The notes beneath the pieces are model-generated. The model was given only the letters and a program-made list of their open reading frames with translations. It did no database searches and was not told the origin of the DNA. A program made the translations under genes and the position numbers. DNA of 64,000 bases from the human T2T-CHM13v2.0 reference genome, Homo sapiens. Positions 1 to 17,840 of this stretch are shown in pieces. The DNA lies in NCBI RefSeq assembly GCF_009914755.1, contig NC_060942.1, one strand, 5' to 3'. How positions within the stretch are numbered: position 1 is the first letter of the stretch; each line of letters opens with the position of its first letter.

Positions 1-489
1 CTCACCTGCTTATCCTAGGTCATTTTTATTGCCTCATTTATTCATGAAAGTTACTATATTTGGCCGCAGTGCTGACTTGAATTTTCCATCATGATTATAA
101 AATAAATTGTTCATAGGGAAGGTAGACGATAGGTGTATGATGATTCATTATACTTTGTATATAATCAACCTATTTAAAGCACTATTATTACATACAGTTA
201 TAATATTAGTAGAAGTCAAAGAAAAGTTTAAAACTTTATCCACATGCTGAACACCCAAACAAATCAATTTCTATTCTTCCCTGTTTTCTTTCAGTCCTTG
301 CCTGTATACATATATAATTTGTATATACATTTACATGGATGCTTTTAAGCATAGAAGCATCTTAACTCCCTTTCTTTCAGCTAAAATGCAGTCACTTAAA
401 AGTCCAGAAACCACCAAGATGCTGGTGTCCATGGTAATGAAGATGATGATGATGATAACTATTACTTATGGAGTTCCCCCTCCACGTCC

Positions 490-745
490 CCCAGAACAAA
501 CTAAGGCTCAGCAAGGCTGAAAACTTGCCTAGAGTCTCAAAACTAGTAGGATAACAATAGTAATATTAATAGTAATCACATCATTAATACTTACCTATTA
601 CTTTACTATGTGTCAGGATCCATGCTGAGCAGTTGACCTGCTTCGTCTCATTTAAACCTCAAAGCATCTCCCAGAGGAGAAAACTGAGGTGTAGAGAGGA
701 TAAGTAATTGGCCCAAGATTGCACTGCTTGGCAGAGCTAGGATCG
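490..745. mobile_element. MIR SINE fragments
   Basis: MIR core-like text: gaaaactgaggtgtagagaggataagtaattggcccaagatt. Confidence 0.6.
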
Positions 746-850
746 ATAAGCCCAACTTTTTTTTAAAGTTTATTTTGTTTTTAATTGACAAATCATAATT
801 TTATATATTTATGATGTGACGTTTTGATACATGTATATATTGTGTAATGA

Positions 851-1206
<356 letters not shown>

Positions 1207-1919
1207 TTGATGAGGATATTAAAGACTCTTATCTAGCTATTTTGAAATATACAATACATCATGTTAACTATAGTGACCCTACTGTACAATAAACACCAGA
1301 ACTTATTTCTCCTGCCCAACTGGAAATTTGAACATGTTCACCAACCTCTCCCCATTCCTCCTAACTATCTTCTCCAGCCTCTGTTAACCACTATTCTACT
1401 CTCTACTTCTATGAAGTCAGCTTTTTTAGATTCCATATATCAGTCAGATCATGTGGTATTTGTCCTTCTGTGCTTGGTTTATTTCACTTAACAATTGTCC
1501 TCTAGGTTCATCCACATTGTCACAAGTGACACAACTTCGTTCTTTTTTTAATGGCTGGATAGTATTCCCTTGTGTATATGCACCACACTTTTTTGTCCAT
1601 TCATTTATTGAAAGATACCTAAGTCAATTCCATATCTTGGCTTTGTGAATTGTACTGCAATATACTTGGGGGTGCAGATAATCTCTTTAACATACTGATT
1701 TCATTTCCTTTGGATATATATCCAGAAGTGGGATTGCTGGATCATATGGTAGTTCTATTTTTAATTTTTTGATGAACCTCCATACTGTTTTCTTTAATGA
1801 CTGTACTAATCAATAGTATATGAGTTTCCCTTTCTCCATATTCTCTCTAGAAATTGTTACTTTTTGTCTTTTTTATAATAGTAATTCCAATTGGAGTGAG
1901 GTAACATCTTATTGCAGTT

Positions 1920-2122
1920 TTTTCTTCTTTTTTTGAGACGGAGTCTTGCTCTGGATACAAGCGATTCTCCTGTCTCAGACTTCCGAGTAGCTGAGATTAC
2001 AGGTGTGCACCACCATGCCCAGCTAATTTTTGTATTTTTAGTAGAGATGGGGTTTCGCCATGTTGGCCAGGCTAGTCTCGAACTCCTGACCTCTGGTGAT
2101 CCGCCTGCCTTGGCCTCCCAAA
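1920..2122 (-). mobile_element. 5'-truncated Alu with internal deletion in the right arm
   Basis: Sequence jumps from gagtcttgctct to caagcgattctcc. TSD tattgcagtt at 1910-1919 and 2125-2134. Confidence 0.9.
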
Positions 2123-2918
2123 CGTATTGCAGTTCTGATTTGCATTCTCTGATGATAAGTAATATTGCACATTTTTAAATATGCCTGTTGACCATTTGTG
2201 TGTCTTTTGAGAAATGTCTATCCAGGTCTTTTGCACATTTTAAATCACAATTTTTTTTATACTGATTTGTCTGAGTTCCAAGTATATTCTGGATATTAAC
2301 CCTTTGTCAGAAGCATAGTTTGCAGATATTTTCTTCCATTCTGTAGGTTGTCTCTTTCCTCTGTTGAGTGTTTCCTTTGCCATGCACGAGCTTTTTAGTT
2401 AGATGTAACTTTTTAGTTTGCTTTTGTTGCCTGTGCTTTTGAGGTCCTAGCCAAAAATTCCTCACCTAGACCAAGGTCATGAAACATTTCCCCTGTTTTC
2501 TTCTAGTGGTTAATAGTTTTGGGTCTTAAATTTAAGTCTCTATCCATTTTGAATTAATTTTTTATATGGTGAGAGATGGGGGTCTAGTTTTGTTCTTCTG
2601 CATGTGGATATTAAATTTTACCATTTATTGAGGAGAATATTCTTTCCCCATTAGTGTTCTTGGCACTTTTGTCAGAAATCAGTTGGCTATAGATGTGTGA
2701 GATTTAGTTCTGATTTTTCTATTTTGTTCCATTGGTCGAAGTGTCTGTTTTTATGCCAGTACCTGCTATTTTGATCACTATAACTGTATAGCACATTTTG
2801 AAGTCAGGCAATATGATGCCTCCAGCTTTGTTGTTTGCTCAAGATCACTTTGGCTACTTCGGGTCTTTTGTGATTACATATAAATTTTAGAATTGCCTTT
2901 TAAAAAATTACTGCGAGG

Positions 2919-3246
<328 letters not shown>

Positions 3247-4023
3247 CTAGGGATTACATTGAGTTTGTACATTTCTTTGGGTAGTATGAATGTTTTAACA
3301 ATATTCATTTTTCTAATCCATAAACACAGGCTGTCATTCAATTTATTTGTACCCTCTTCAATTTCTTTCATTAATGTTTTATAGTTTTCATTACAAAGCT
3401 CTTTCACATCTTTGGTCAAATTTATTGCTAGGAATTTTATTTTATTTTTTTTGTAGCTATTGTAAATGGGATTGTTTTCTTGATTTCTTTTTCAGAGAGT
3501 TTGCTGTTGATACATAGAAACACTACTGATTTTTGGGTATGGATTTTGTATCCTGCAACTTTACTGAATTTGTTCATTAGTCCTATTAGTTTTTTTGGTG
3601 GAGTCTCTAGGGGGTTTTCTATTTATAAGATCATGTCATCTGCAAACAGGGATTTGACTTTCTCATTTCCAATTTGAATGCCTTTTATTTCTTTCTCTTG
3701 ACTGCTTGTTCTGGCTAAGAATTCCCGCATAATATTGAATAGAAATGGTGACAGTGAGCATCCTTGTGGAGTTCCAGATCTTAGAGGAAAGGCTTTCAAC
3801 TTTTTCAGGTTAGGTACGATGTTAGCTGTGGTTTTATCATGTATGGCATTTGTTGTGTTGAGGTACATTCCTTCCATACCTAATTTGTTGAAGGTTTTAT
3901 CATGAAGACATGTTGAATGTTTTCAAAAAAAATTTTTTGTGATTGTTGAGAGAATCATATGGCTTTCTTCTTCATTTGGTTAATGTGGTGTATCATATTT
4001 GTCGACTTGCGTCTGTAGAATCA

Positions 4024-4079
4024 TCCTTGCATCCCTGAGATAAATCCCACTTCCTTGCATCCCTGAGATAAATCCCACT
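4024..4079. repeat. Perfect 28-bp tandem duplication inside L1 ORF2
   Basis: tccttgcatccctgagataaatcccact twice, at 4024-4051 and 4052-4079. Confidence 0.95.
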
Positions 4080-5052
4080 AGATCATAACAAAGAATATTT
4101 TTAATGTGTTGTTGATTTTTGTTTCCTAGTATTTTGTTGAGGATGTTTGCATCTATGTTCTTCAAGGATGTTGGCTTGCAGTTTCTTTTTTGTATGTATC
4201 CTTGTCATTTCATTGTTTCTTCTTCTCACTGTCTTCCTTTGTGGTTAAATGATTTTCTCTAGTAGTGTGTTTTGATTCTTGCTTTTAATTTTTAGCCTAT
4301 CTATTATAGGTTTTTCCTTTGTGGTTATCATGAGCTTTACAGTAAACATCCTATAGTTATAAACATTATTTTAAACTGATAAAAACTTAACTGTGATCTC
4401 AAAGAAAATAAATAAAAAGCAAACCATGTATGGCAACTTCATTTCCCTCTGCACTTTGAATTTTGCTGTCACAGTTTATATCTTTTTGTTTTGTCTATCT
4501 TTTAACAATTTATTACAGTTATTATGATTTTTAACCATTTTGTCTTTTAGTCCTCATACTAAAGAGATAGGTGATTTATACACCATGATTACAATATTGG
4601 AGTATTCTGAATTTGTCTGCATATTTACTTCTAACAGTGAGTTTTATACGTCCAGATTTATTTTTGTTACACATTAGCATCCTTTTTTTCCAGTTTGAAG
4701 AACTTCCTACAGCATTTCTTGCAAGACAGGTCTGGTAGTGATGAATTTCCTTAGCTTTTTGTTTGTCTGAATAGGCCTTTATTTCTCCTTCAATTCTGAA
4801 GGATAGCCTTGGTGGGTACAGTATTCTTGCTTAAATGTTTTTGTTTTTGTTTTTGTTTTTGTTTTCCCTTCAGCACTCTATATTTTCCTGCTCCCTTCTG
4901 GCCTGCAAGGTGTCTGCGGGGAAGTCTACTGCCAGGCATATTGGAATTACCTTATATACTATTTTCTTATTTTCTCTTGCTGCTTTCAGAATCCTCTCTT
5001 TTTGACCTTTGAGTGTTTGATGCTATGTCTTGGGTTGAATTTGACTGGTGAT

Positions 5053-5364
5053 TTTTTTCTTTTTCTTTTTTTTTTTTTTTTGAGATGGAATTTCACTCTG
5101 TTGCCCAGGCTGGAGTGAAATGGTGCAATCTTGGCTCACTGCAACCTCCTCCTCCTGGGTTCAAGTGATTCTCCTGCCTCAGCCTCCTAAGTAGTGGGGA
5201 TTACAAGCACCCATCACCACACCCAGCTAATATTTTGTATTTTTAGTAGAGACAGGGTTTCACCACGTTGGCCAGGCTGATCTCAAACTCCTGACCTCAG
5301 GTGATCCACATGCCTTGGCATCCCAAATTGTTGGGATAACAGGCGTGAGCCACCATGCCCGGCC
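5053..5364 (-). mobile_element. AluSx-like
   Basis: Full Alu; imperfect TSD tgactggtga/tgattggtga. Confidence 0.95.
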
Positions 5365-5413
5365 TGATTGGTGACTTTTCTACATGGATATTTATATCTT
5401 TCTTCAGGTTTGA

Positions 5414-6040
<627 letters not shown>

Positions 6041-8427
6041 CTTTTTTTTTTTTTAATTATTTCTTTGAATAAGCTTCCTACCCTTTTGTCTTTCTCTCCT
6101 TCTTCTTGAACTCCAATAACCTAAATATTTGCTTTTTTGATGTGATTCCACAGATTGTATAAGTTTGAGTTTTTCTTTTTCATTTATTTTTCTTCTTTCT
6201 CTTATGACTGTATATGTTTAAATAGCCTGTCTTCAAGCTCATTGATTCTTTCTTCTACTTTATCACTTCTGCTTTTGTTGCTCTTGGTTGGCTTTTTTCC
6301 CTTCATTCATTGTAGTTTTTCAGCTCCAGAGTTTCTGGTTTTTTTTATTATTTAATGTATCTGTTAAATTTATCTGATGAATTTCTGAATTGTTTTTCTG
6401 TGTTTTCTTGAAGTTAGTGAGTTCCTTAACATGGCTATTTTGAATTTCTTGTCTGTCAGATTAAACATCTCCATCTCTTTACATTCTATCACTGTGCCTT
6501 GCTTAGTCCATTAGTTAAGGTCACAATTTCCTGACTGTTCTTGATAATTGTAGATGTACGTTGATGTCTGTGCATTCAAGAGTTAGGTATTTATTCACGT
6601 CTTTGCAGTCTGGCTTTATTTGTGCCCATCCTTCTTCAGTGAGCCTGTCTAGAAACCTAAGTGGATTGACTGTTGTCAGAGCCTGTGACACCTGCAGCCA
6701 TTTAAGCACTAGAGGGAGCCATAAGCCCAGGCCTACTACAAGTCTCACAAAGACTCCAAGGTTGGTTGTTGCAGTATCCCGGTTTGGATGGACCTGGGGA
6801 AGACTTAAGGAGGGTAATCAGCCTTTGTGGGAAGGCTGGCCAGGAAACAAGTATAGAAGCCTGTCCCATTGGCCCAGACAGGAGCAAACTTCCTGGCATA
6901 TCCCTGGATAGGTGGAACCATTCCCTGACTGCCGTGACAGGGGCTGGAGTTGAGAATGGGCCCCTTCAGAGTTTGCTGTTGGAGACTGGTGGGCAAGCCT
7001 GCCCCAGTGGCACAGATATGTATGCTACCAACATTTTTCCGCATGCACAGGGGAGTTCCCAGTGAGACAGACTGTAGCCAAGACTGGGCTCCCTCAGAAT
7101 CCACTGTGAGAAAGAAGCTGGAAAACATGCCCCAGTGGCTCAGATGTATGTGGACAAAGGCCAACTCTTAACCAAGGATTTTAAACTGAATTTGGAATTC
7201 CTCTTACTCTAGGGCTCAACTCTTTTTAACTTTTCCTCACCAATTCAATGAAGAGGAAAAATTTATTTTTGTTAAGATAGTCTAGACCAAATCTGAAATT
7301 AAAACAGTAGTAAGTAGTTTGGGGAGTTTTAAATAAGATTCAAATTTATAATTTATTAAACAGATAAGTTATATACACACTATGCATATTTTAAACTTTT
7401 TATCAGAGAGGCCTGGATCTCAGATATTTCACTTGACTGAACTTAGTGTCTCTTCTTGCTTTTTTTTGTTTTTAGCCATTTATCAATTTATTATCCTGAA
7501 ATGTCACAATAATTTAAAACTTCTTAAAAAGAGACTTGATCTTTAATAAAGCTCTGCTACTTTGTTATGCAGATATTATATAGAATCTCATTGCTCTTAA
7601 ATTCATGACCTTGCTTTCTGATATAAACTTAATATGCAGAAGGCTGAATTGGTATTTAATTACTCTCTCGACTTTTAATCAAAGCATCTCTTTATTTCGC
7701 CTTTCCTTTAGTGCTGTAAAGCATGAAGTGTACTTTGATGGATTAGGACTGAACGAACAGGACTATAAAAGCCTTCACTGGTTACCCAGCTCCATTGAAG
7801 ACAAACAAGAAGATGCAAGGAAAACTGATACCTGAAGGCTAGGGTTAGCCCAGTAAATGGATTTCCTGAGAGGAAAATATGCAAAATAACAAAATGACTG
7901 TCTTTCTAGAAGTAGCTTTTTAAAAAGCTAAATTTGAATTTGCTGAGATGATTTAATAAAATGCAGCTGGCCAGCAAAAGTAGACTCAGTGTTTTCTTAG
8001 AGTTGTACCAGTCCTGTAATTTCTGTATCTTGTTCGGTGACAGGCAAGAGCTATTGACATTCGGATTTCAAAGAGATGAAATGGCCTTGCTTGTAGGTTC
8101 TCTTTCCCTGAATGAATAATGTCAGCAGTGTAATTCTGGATAAATAGAAGTCTGATACCAGTTGACAAGCAAGGCAATTTTATTTATGTTTCTGGTCATA
8201 TGGGTCACATAGTAGGATAGAGAGTCAGTAAGCCTCTCAAAATAGAGTAGGTTTGATTCATAAATAAGAGGATACAGTGGGGAGAAACCAGGGCTCATTG
8301 AATAGGTACCACATATGAGGCAACATCCTAGGCTCAAGGAGAACAAATGATGATGAATAAGATTTAGCTCCAGCCTTAAGAAATGTATTTATACTCTAAT
8401 GGAGGAGACTGGCACAAAAGCTGATGA

Positions 8428-8747
<320 letters not shown>

Positions 8748-8754
8748 ATATGGT

Positions 8755-8958
8755 AGTGTTTATTAAGCCCTGCACTATTGAGATTGTAGGCTGGATAATT
8801 CTTCGTTGTGGAGGCTGTCCTGATCTGTAAGACGTTTGCAGCATCACTGGCCTCTACTCACTAGACATCGGTAGTACCACCTGCACAGTTGATGACCAAA
8901 CATATCTCCAGATATTGTCACACATCCCATGAGGGGCAAAATTGGTCCAGTTGAGATC
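8755..8958 (-). mobile_element. MER20 (hAT-Charlie DNA transposon)
   Basis: Resembles the reverse complement of MER20: ctggataattcttcgttgtggaggctgtcc...tggcctctactcactaga...tctccagatattgtcacacatccc...ggggcaaaatt. Confidence 0.8.
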
Positions 8959-9565
8959 TGAGGTGGTAGTGTTGTGACAAAGGTAAGTCTAGGACGCTCT
9001 GGGAAGTAAGGAAGGATGCCCAGATGGCCCTAGAGGAAGGTGGGTGGTCAGGGAAGGCTTCCTTGAGGAGGGGGCACTGTTCTTATGTGGAAACATGAAG
9101 GGTGTGAGCCATGTGGAGCAAAGGATCAGCATGAACAAAGGAGTGGCATTACAAAATGCCAAGGCATGTGTAGGGGAGCCAGCTGCTACCTCAGTACTTC
9201 TGGGATATCAAGTAGGTGTGTTAGAGGTGAACGGTGAGGCGTGAGGTTGTGATGCAAACATGCATGCAACTATGGTCTGCATGGACAGCTTGTGGGCACA
9301 GGTGTGTCAGTGGATGGTCCATAAGCAGTGGGTTGATGGGAACAGTCTTCTAGAACATTCTGGCCACAATGGGAAGGATGGATTACTGTGGCTGGTAACA
9401 TGGCATCAGGACCCTTTTGTGCTGAGCTACTTGCTTTACCTGTGTCATTCCATTTAATCCTCACAATAGGCCTATACAAAGGAGGCACAATTATCCCCAC
9501 TTACAGAGGAGGGCGTAGCAGGGCCGAGCAGATTCCCTGAGAAGGTGCAGGTGCTGAGGTCTTCT

Positions 9566-9655
9566 TTTTTTCTTTTTTCTTTTTGCCTTGAGATGGAGTC
9601 TTGCTGTGTAGCCAGGCTAGAGTGCACTGGCACGATCTCAGCTCACTGCAACCCC
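9566..9655 (-). mobile_element. Severely 5'-truncated Alu
   Basis: T tail plus about 65 bp of Alu 3' end, bounded by the 17-bp TSD aggtgctgaggtcttct (9549-9565 and 9662-9678). Confidence 0.85.
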
Positions 9656-10279
9656 TGGAGAAGGTGCTGAGGTCTTCTCTTAAAGATAAAAGAGGCTTGG
9701 CTTGTCTGACAAAACTTTTTTCAGTGAGCTGCTGTGATGGAGGTCAAACCAGGGATCCTGTGGTCAGCCGTGAACAGGATGTATGCAGAGTCCTCTGGAG
9801 GGACTTGTAAGCAGATAAATATACAAATAGAGTAACACAGAAGCAATTAAAAACAAGCAGGATATTCAAGGCTCTCTTCATTGTTCTTTTCTCACCTGAA
9901 ACTTCCATCAGGGCCCAAATGTTTGTTCATTTCAATGAACATTGATTGAGTGCCTACTGTGTCCTCGGGATTATTCCAGGGCTCTGAGGGAGACAAGGGG
10001 TTTGAAATAGAATTGGCCTGACAGCAAATGTGAGCTGAATGAACAGAGTGAGAGTAAACAAACTGAGGACAAATGATCTCCAAAGAGGATCTTGACTTTC
10101 AGAGGGAAGCATTTCAATTCGGATCTCTCTCTAAGAACCTGCCTCTAAGCGTGTTGCACTCTAGAGAAGCATGTTTGCCCCTTGGAATAGCTGATTGAGG
10201 TGTAGTGTGATCAAAAGGAAGGTTATAGGAGAGGAAAGGGACCAGGCTTGCCCTGCTGGTGAAGGTGCTCAGCCCTTGA

Positions 10280-10706
<427 letters not shown>

Positions 10707-10989
10707 TATGAATGGGTAGTATTATTATCTCCACTTTATATATGAGGAAACAGCACAGACAAGCTAAGTAGCTTGCCCAAGGTCACACAGCCTTTGACTG
10801 AAATTTCCAGGATTGAAACCCAAGATGGTCATGCAACCAGAGCTTATGACATTAACCACTAGATTATGCTGCCTCTTGCTGCCTTGTCTGTGTGCTAGAA
10901 GGCTGTGGGGTGCTCTAACTGGAAAAATAATTGGCCACCTTACTAAGAAAAAATTGTGCAGAGGAAGACAGGTTTCCATGTAGTAGAAA

Positions 10990-11170
10990 GAGAACCACAG
11001 TCAGAATCAGAAGACCTGAGTGTTGATTCTGATGCTGGTAGTAATTGACTTTGCAACCTGGAGAGTCATTTAACTTCAGTGAGGCTCAACTTCCTCATAG
11101 TTAATATGAGGTTAATAATATCAATCTCCCAAGTATTATTTGTGTCAGATAGAATGTATGAAAGTGTCTC
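10990..11170. mobile_element. MIR
   Basis: gaatcagaagacctgagt...tcatttaacttcagtgaggctcaacttcctcat. Confidence 0.6.
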
Positions 11171-11559
11171 AAACAGCTCCTAGCACTAACTAAGGTTTTG
11201 CATGGAAGATGAATGGGAGATAAATGAGGGATGCTTCAGAGTTACAGGTTTGATTGGGCTTAAAGAAAGTGTAAAGTTCATAAAGAAGGACAAAATCCAA
11301 ATCAAACACATGGAGAATGTTCTCTGAACGACTCCAGGGGCATGTGTGTGTGTATGTGTGTAATGGCTACCATATACTATCATTGATTGAGTTCTTACTC
11401 TGTCCTAGTACTATACTATGGGCCATATGTCATCAATAACCATGATTTAGGGACTTTTTAAAATGTGCTTTGGGTTTTACTATTGCATGCATTTCATAGA
11501 TGCTTAACCATGGACCATTCTGAGCTACAATTGTTTAATATAGCTTCTCTGCAGATCTC

Positions 11560-11747
11560 TGCAAAACCTAGCAACAGGCTGTGTTTGATGTAAAGATGTG
11601 GCAGCTCAGAGCACATCACTCGTATTTGCTCCCCCTCCTGATGCCTCCCTCATTCTTGCTTACCCACAATTGTGCTCCTTAATAAAATATTAGCCCCATA
11701 AGCTTTTGCCTCAAGCTCTGCTTTTGAGGAAACCTAGGCTAAGGCAG
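11560..11747 (+). mobile_element. Ancient ERVL-type LTR 3' fragment (LTR16-like)
   Basis: The end aataaaat...ctcaagctctgcttttgaggaaacctaggctaaggca resembles the ERVL LTR terminus. Confidence 0.4.
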
Positions 11748-11840
11748 ATTTTGAAAAAAAAAATATTTTTTTTTGGTAAAGGAAAACAGAAGCCAATATA
11801 CATAGGTAAAAGATCTAGCTTTATATATGCAAAATGTTAA

Positions 11841-12173
<333 letters not shown>

Positions 12174-13188
12174 TTATTTTAAAATTTTTGAACAGTAGAA
12201 AGTTTATTTTGATAAACTATTTAGAGGTACACATTTCTTTCTTCTGAAATTAACAGATGTGATGTACAGACATAAGCTGAAAAGTCATAGTGAGAATAAA
12301 AAGTATTCTTTCCCGTAGATATTCCATTAGGGTGAATTCAGGAGTAGCTTCAGATGTTTTCATAACCTACTATTTTATACTCTCATTATTTCAGTTTTAT
12401 ATTACTTAGGTTTAAAAAAATAATCCATATTGATTTTCATATGTTGGAGCAATCAGTTGGAACATACAGCAATGCAGTAAACACGTCAGGCATATTAAAT
12501 GCATTTCAATTATTCTGTAGGCTCCTTAGGTTTTAAAGATAATCACATTACTTACAATGCCCTGGAATTTCAAAAAATTGTCCAACAATGTTCTGAGAGT
12601 TATTTCAAGCTGCATTCCATTCAGAGAGCCCTGAAAAGTCTCTTTTGGTAAAGGTCAAATGTGTGGTCTATACAGTATAGAGAACCCTAAAGCCAACATT
12701 TCCTTGTTACTGTTTATTCCCCAGGACGAACATTAAAGTTACAAAAATGAAGGCTGTCTTGGATTTTGCATACTTTCACCAGAAAGGGGGTTAAATGTGA
12801 CTTTCACTTTCTCACAAGTGGCCTCATCTGTAGTGAGAATCAGACTGGGAGAGTGGGAAGGGGCTCTCGGCCATTATCCCCTCCAAATGGCCCATTTCAT
12901 AGAGGAGAAGACTGAGAGCAGAGACAAGGAACGTCCTCTCAGAGAACTACGTGCTGACCGGATAACTGACAGTCACTGGGTGGGCAGCCTTTACATTTCA
13001 AAAAATTAGAAGAAACCAAGTCAGCTAGTGACTCAGCTCATCCATTTGATATATGAGAAACTCTCTGGAGAAGACCTGAACTGTTTTTGGAGGCGATAAA
13101 TCCATCACTCTGAAGTTTTCTGGAATGATAGTTTAACTTTTGCTCTTCCTGGTTATGCTGGCATAGAGTAAGCAGGATTGGTATCTAG

Positions 13189-13507
<319 letters not shown>

Positions 13508-13679
13508 CTGTGTAGTTATTTCTATGCATGGAGTAATGTAGTCATTTTTTGACCTGTGCTCCCTCATTCCTACACCCTGGCACTTGAAAGCAAGGGGCCG
13601 CGTCCTAGCCAGAGTTGCTTTGCTTCTCTACAGAGATAAGACCAGCGTCTTCTTGTGGTTCCCAGCCTGAGCTCTGTGC

Positions 13680-13890
13680 AGACCAACTGGGATTGAATCC
13701 TGGTTCTACCATTGACTAGTTAGTTGATTTTGGGGAAGTGAGTTGATTTTGCATAAGTAACTTTACCTTCGTCTATCTTCCTTTCCTCATCTGTAACATG
13801 GAGATAATTTTAATACCCATTCTGCATAGAAAGTGAGGCGTACAGAGACTTTTACATAAGTGAACATCTGATGAATATTGGCTATTGATA
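13680..13890. mobile_element. MIR
   Basis: ctgggattgaatcctggttctacc...tttcctcatctgtaacatggagataat. Confidence 0.65.
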
Positions 13891-14656
13891 AGTGCTCAAG
13901 AAATATTTATTAGAAAAAATGTATTAAGGGGAAGAGAGAGAATTGCCACAAGAAGAAAGTTGTCGATATTTTTCTCAAACCATTCCAGGTCCTGCAATTC
14001 CCCACATTTCAAGTACTCTAGCATAATTTCTCAGGCTCATGGAAGGAAGGAGGAAGCACAGCTAGCTTTTTTTTTTTTTTTTTTTCCAGCAGAACCATAT
14101 GAAATTTACATATATACGGCATGGCCTGCTCCAAAAACTTACAGTCTAAATTTAGCCACATTGCTCCCACGCCGGCCACCACAATTGATAACTAGAACAC
14201 TCAAGGGCCCCATAAAAAGCACGTGCAAAGTTTCCACCTTTGTCTAGAATCCCTGGGGCTGACTCAGTCAAAGGGGTCAGATCTCTTTCCAACGGTGTGC
14301 GGAGAGAGAAGTGGCCTCCTCTTGTTTTTAACTCTGCTGCTCCTCCTGCTCAGATCCTGCGCCCTGGATGCGGACGGACTTCCAGGCTCCCCAGGCAGCA
14401 CCCAGCTAGGACCCAGTGACAACTCTTGGGTTGGTAGCAACAGCCCTGTGAGGTCAGGGTCCCAGGAGCAGCAGGGGTCTCCAGGATATATAGCAGCAAA
14501 AATCTCACCCTTCCAGGCCAAACCAGCCCTTGCCACGGGCCACAAGCCCTTTGCTCAGAACCTAGGTCAGCTCCTTGATATCCCTTGTCCCCTTAATCAC
14601 TACCTATTTTTAGGATTTTTCACCTATGCAGATGTGTGTCCGCCTCCTCCCCAACT

Positions 14657-14923
14657 ATATTAGTTTGCCAGACCTGCTCTAAGAAACTGGGTGGCTTAAC
14701 CAACAGAAATGTATTTTTCTCACAATTCTGGAGACTGGAAGCCTGAGATCAAGGTGTTGGTTTCTTCTGAGGCCTCTCTCCTTGGCTCGCAGGTGGCTGC
14801 CTTCTCCCTGTGTCTTCACTTGGCCTGATTGCCAAACCCAGCGCCTTCTGAGATACTGGGGGTTACAATTTCAGCATACGAAATTTGAGGGCAGGGTGAG
14901 GGGACACAGTTCAGCCCATAACA
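14657..14923 (-). mobile_element. MLT1B-like MaLR LTR
   Basis: ctgggtggcttaaccaacagaaatgtatttttctcacaattctggagactggaag...; ends cagcccataaca, the reverse complement of the MLT1 start TGTTATGGGCTG. Confidence 0.8.
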
Positions 14924-14973
14924 CCAACAATTAACTCTGCAAACTTAAGATGTAAGTTAACTTTTTTAATTCA

Positions 14974-15522
<549 letters not shown>

Positions 15523-15899
15523 TCACCTCTGACAAGCACAGGATAAAAACCTTTGACCTGGAAGATTCCAGGTATCCGGGCTGCTTTTGTTATCTTTTCA
15601 CAAACGCACAGTTCATCAAGGTTTGGAACAGGGACCTATGATATCATCTGATGATCTTTAGCTTTGGAGACATAACTGTCACTAGCACCCAGCCCAGTTT
15701 CACTGTAAAGTTGTCTGGCTGAGCTCCCGCAATCCTGCCAACAGTCCGTACTTGTGTGGCCTGCTCTGTTTTTCCATTTTACTTCTTTTTAGAGATGGGC
15801 TTGTTAATCACCCTGCTCAACTGTGATACCCAAGAAAAGCTGAGAGAGTAAAGTTATATGCAGCCTTCCTGTGACCTGTTTGCATGTACCCAGTCAATA

Positions 15900-17158
<1,259 letters not shown>

Positions 17159-17834
17159 CCTGGGTCCCGGAGGCCTGGATGGGAGGCAGCTCATCTGGAC
17201 TCTGTCAACCGGGGTACTTCTCTCGTCTCAGCTTTCTACTCTCATCCTTAGTGTCTGACAATACCTTTGTTAATATTTGCTAAGTCGCTGTTGAACATCC
17301 ACGTTAAGGAGGTGATTGTTTTTAACTCTGTATGTTCTTAATAACCTCTGGAATATCATGTTCATCTCATCCTAAACATAAATTGAAACAGGGGGTTGGT
17401 TTTCCCCAAAGAGAACTAACAGTTCTGATTCTTCTGAGGAGCAGTGAGATTCAGCCCTTGGGAGAGTGGACACCTAACAGGTCTGAATTCAATGTAATTC
17501 AAAAGGCAAATATTTGCTAAGTACTGTGTGCCAAGTACAGTATGAGGTGCTGAAACCTGGTTTCAGATAGTTTCTGCCCTTGAATCAGCAACCTGTGGCC
17601 AGGTGGCAACGGCAAGACACGTTCCTCCATCAGCCTCTGTGAAACATTACTTGGGACCAAAAGGCAAACCACAGTGGGCTCTGTCCCCAGTGACCAAAAG
17701 AGGCAGAGTTTTCGCCTTGAGTTCTGGGGGACAATCATAGGAAATTTTTCTTTCATGCGGCTACAGAGGAATAACCAAGCCACTCATGCTTATGTCTGGT
17801 GGTGAGTAAATGGGTAGAAGGATGGCTTTCAGAT

Positions 17835-17840
17835 ATTAAA
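17835..17840 (+). promoter_or_regulatory. Candidate polyadenylation signal for LRRC30 (ATTAAA)
   Basis: First ATTAAA/AATAAA-type hexamer I found after the stop codon, followed by a TGTGTATTT GU/U-rich element. Confidence 0.4.

Noticed and set aside
335-520. 61-aa Met-rich ORF
   Set aside because: Arises from an (ATG)n simple repeat next to MIR sequence.
14223-14663. 146-aa ORF with a Leu-rich hydrophobic stretch
   Set aside because: Non-ATG start, low complexity, no homology I recognise; the signal-peptide look is probably chance.
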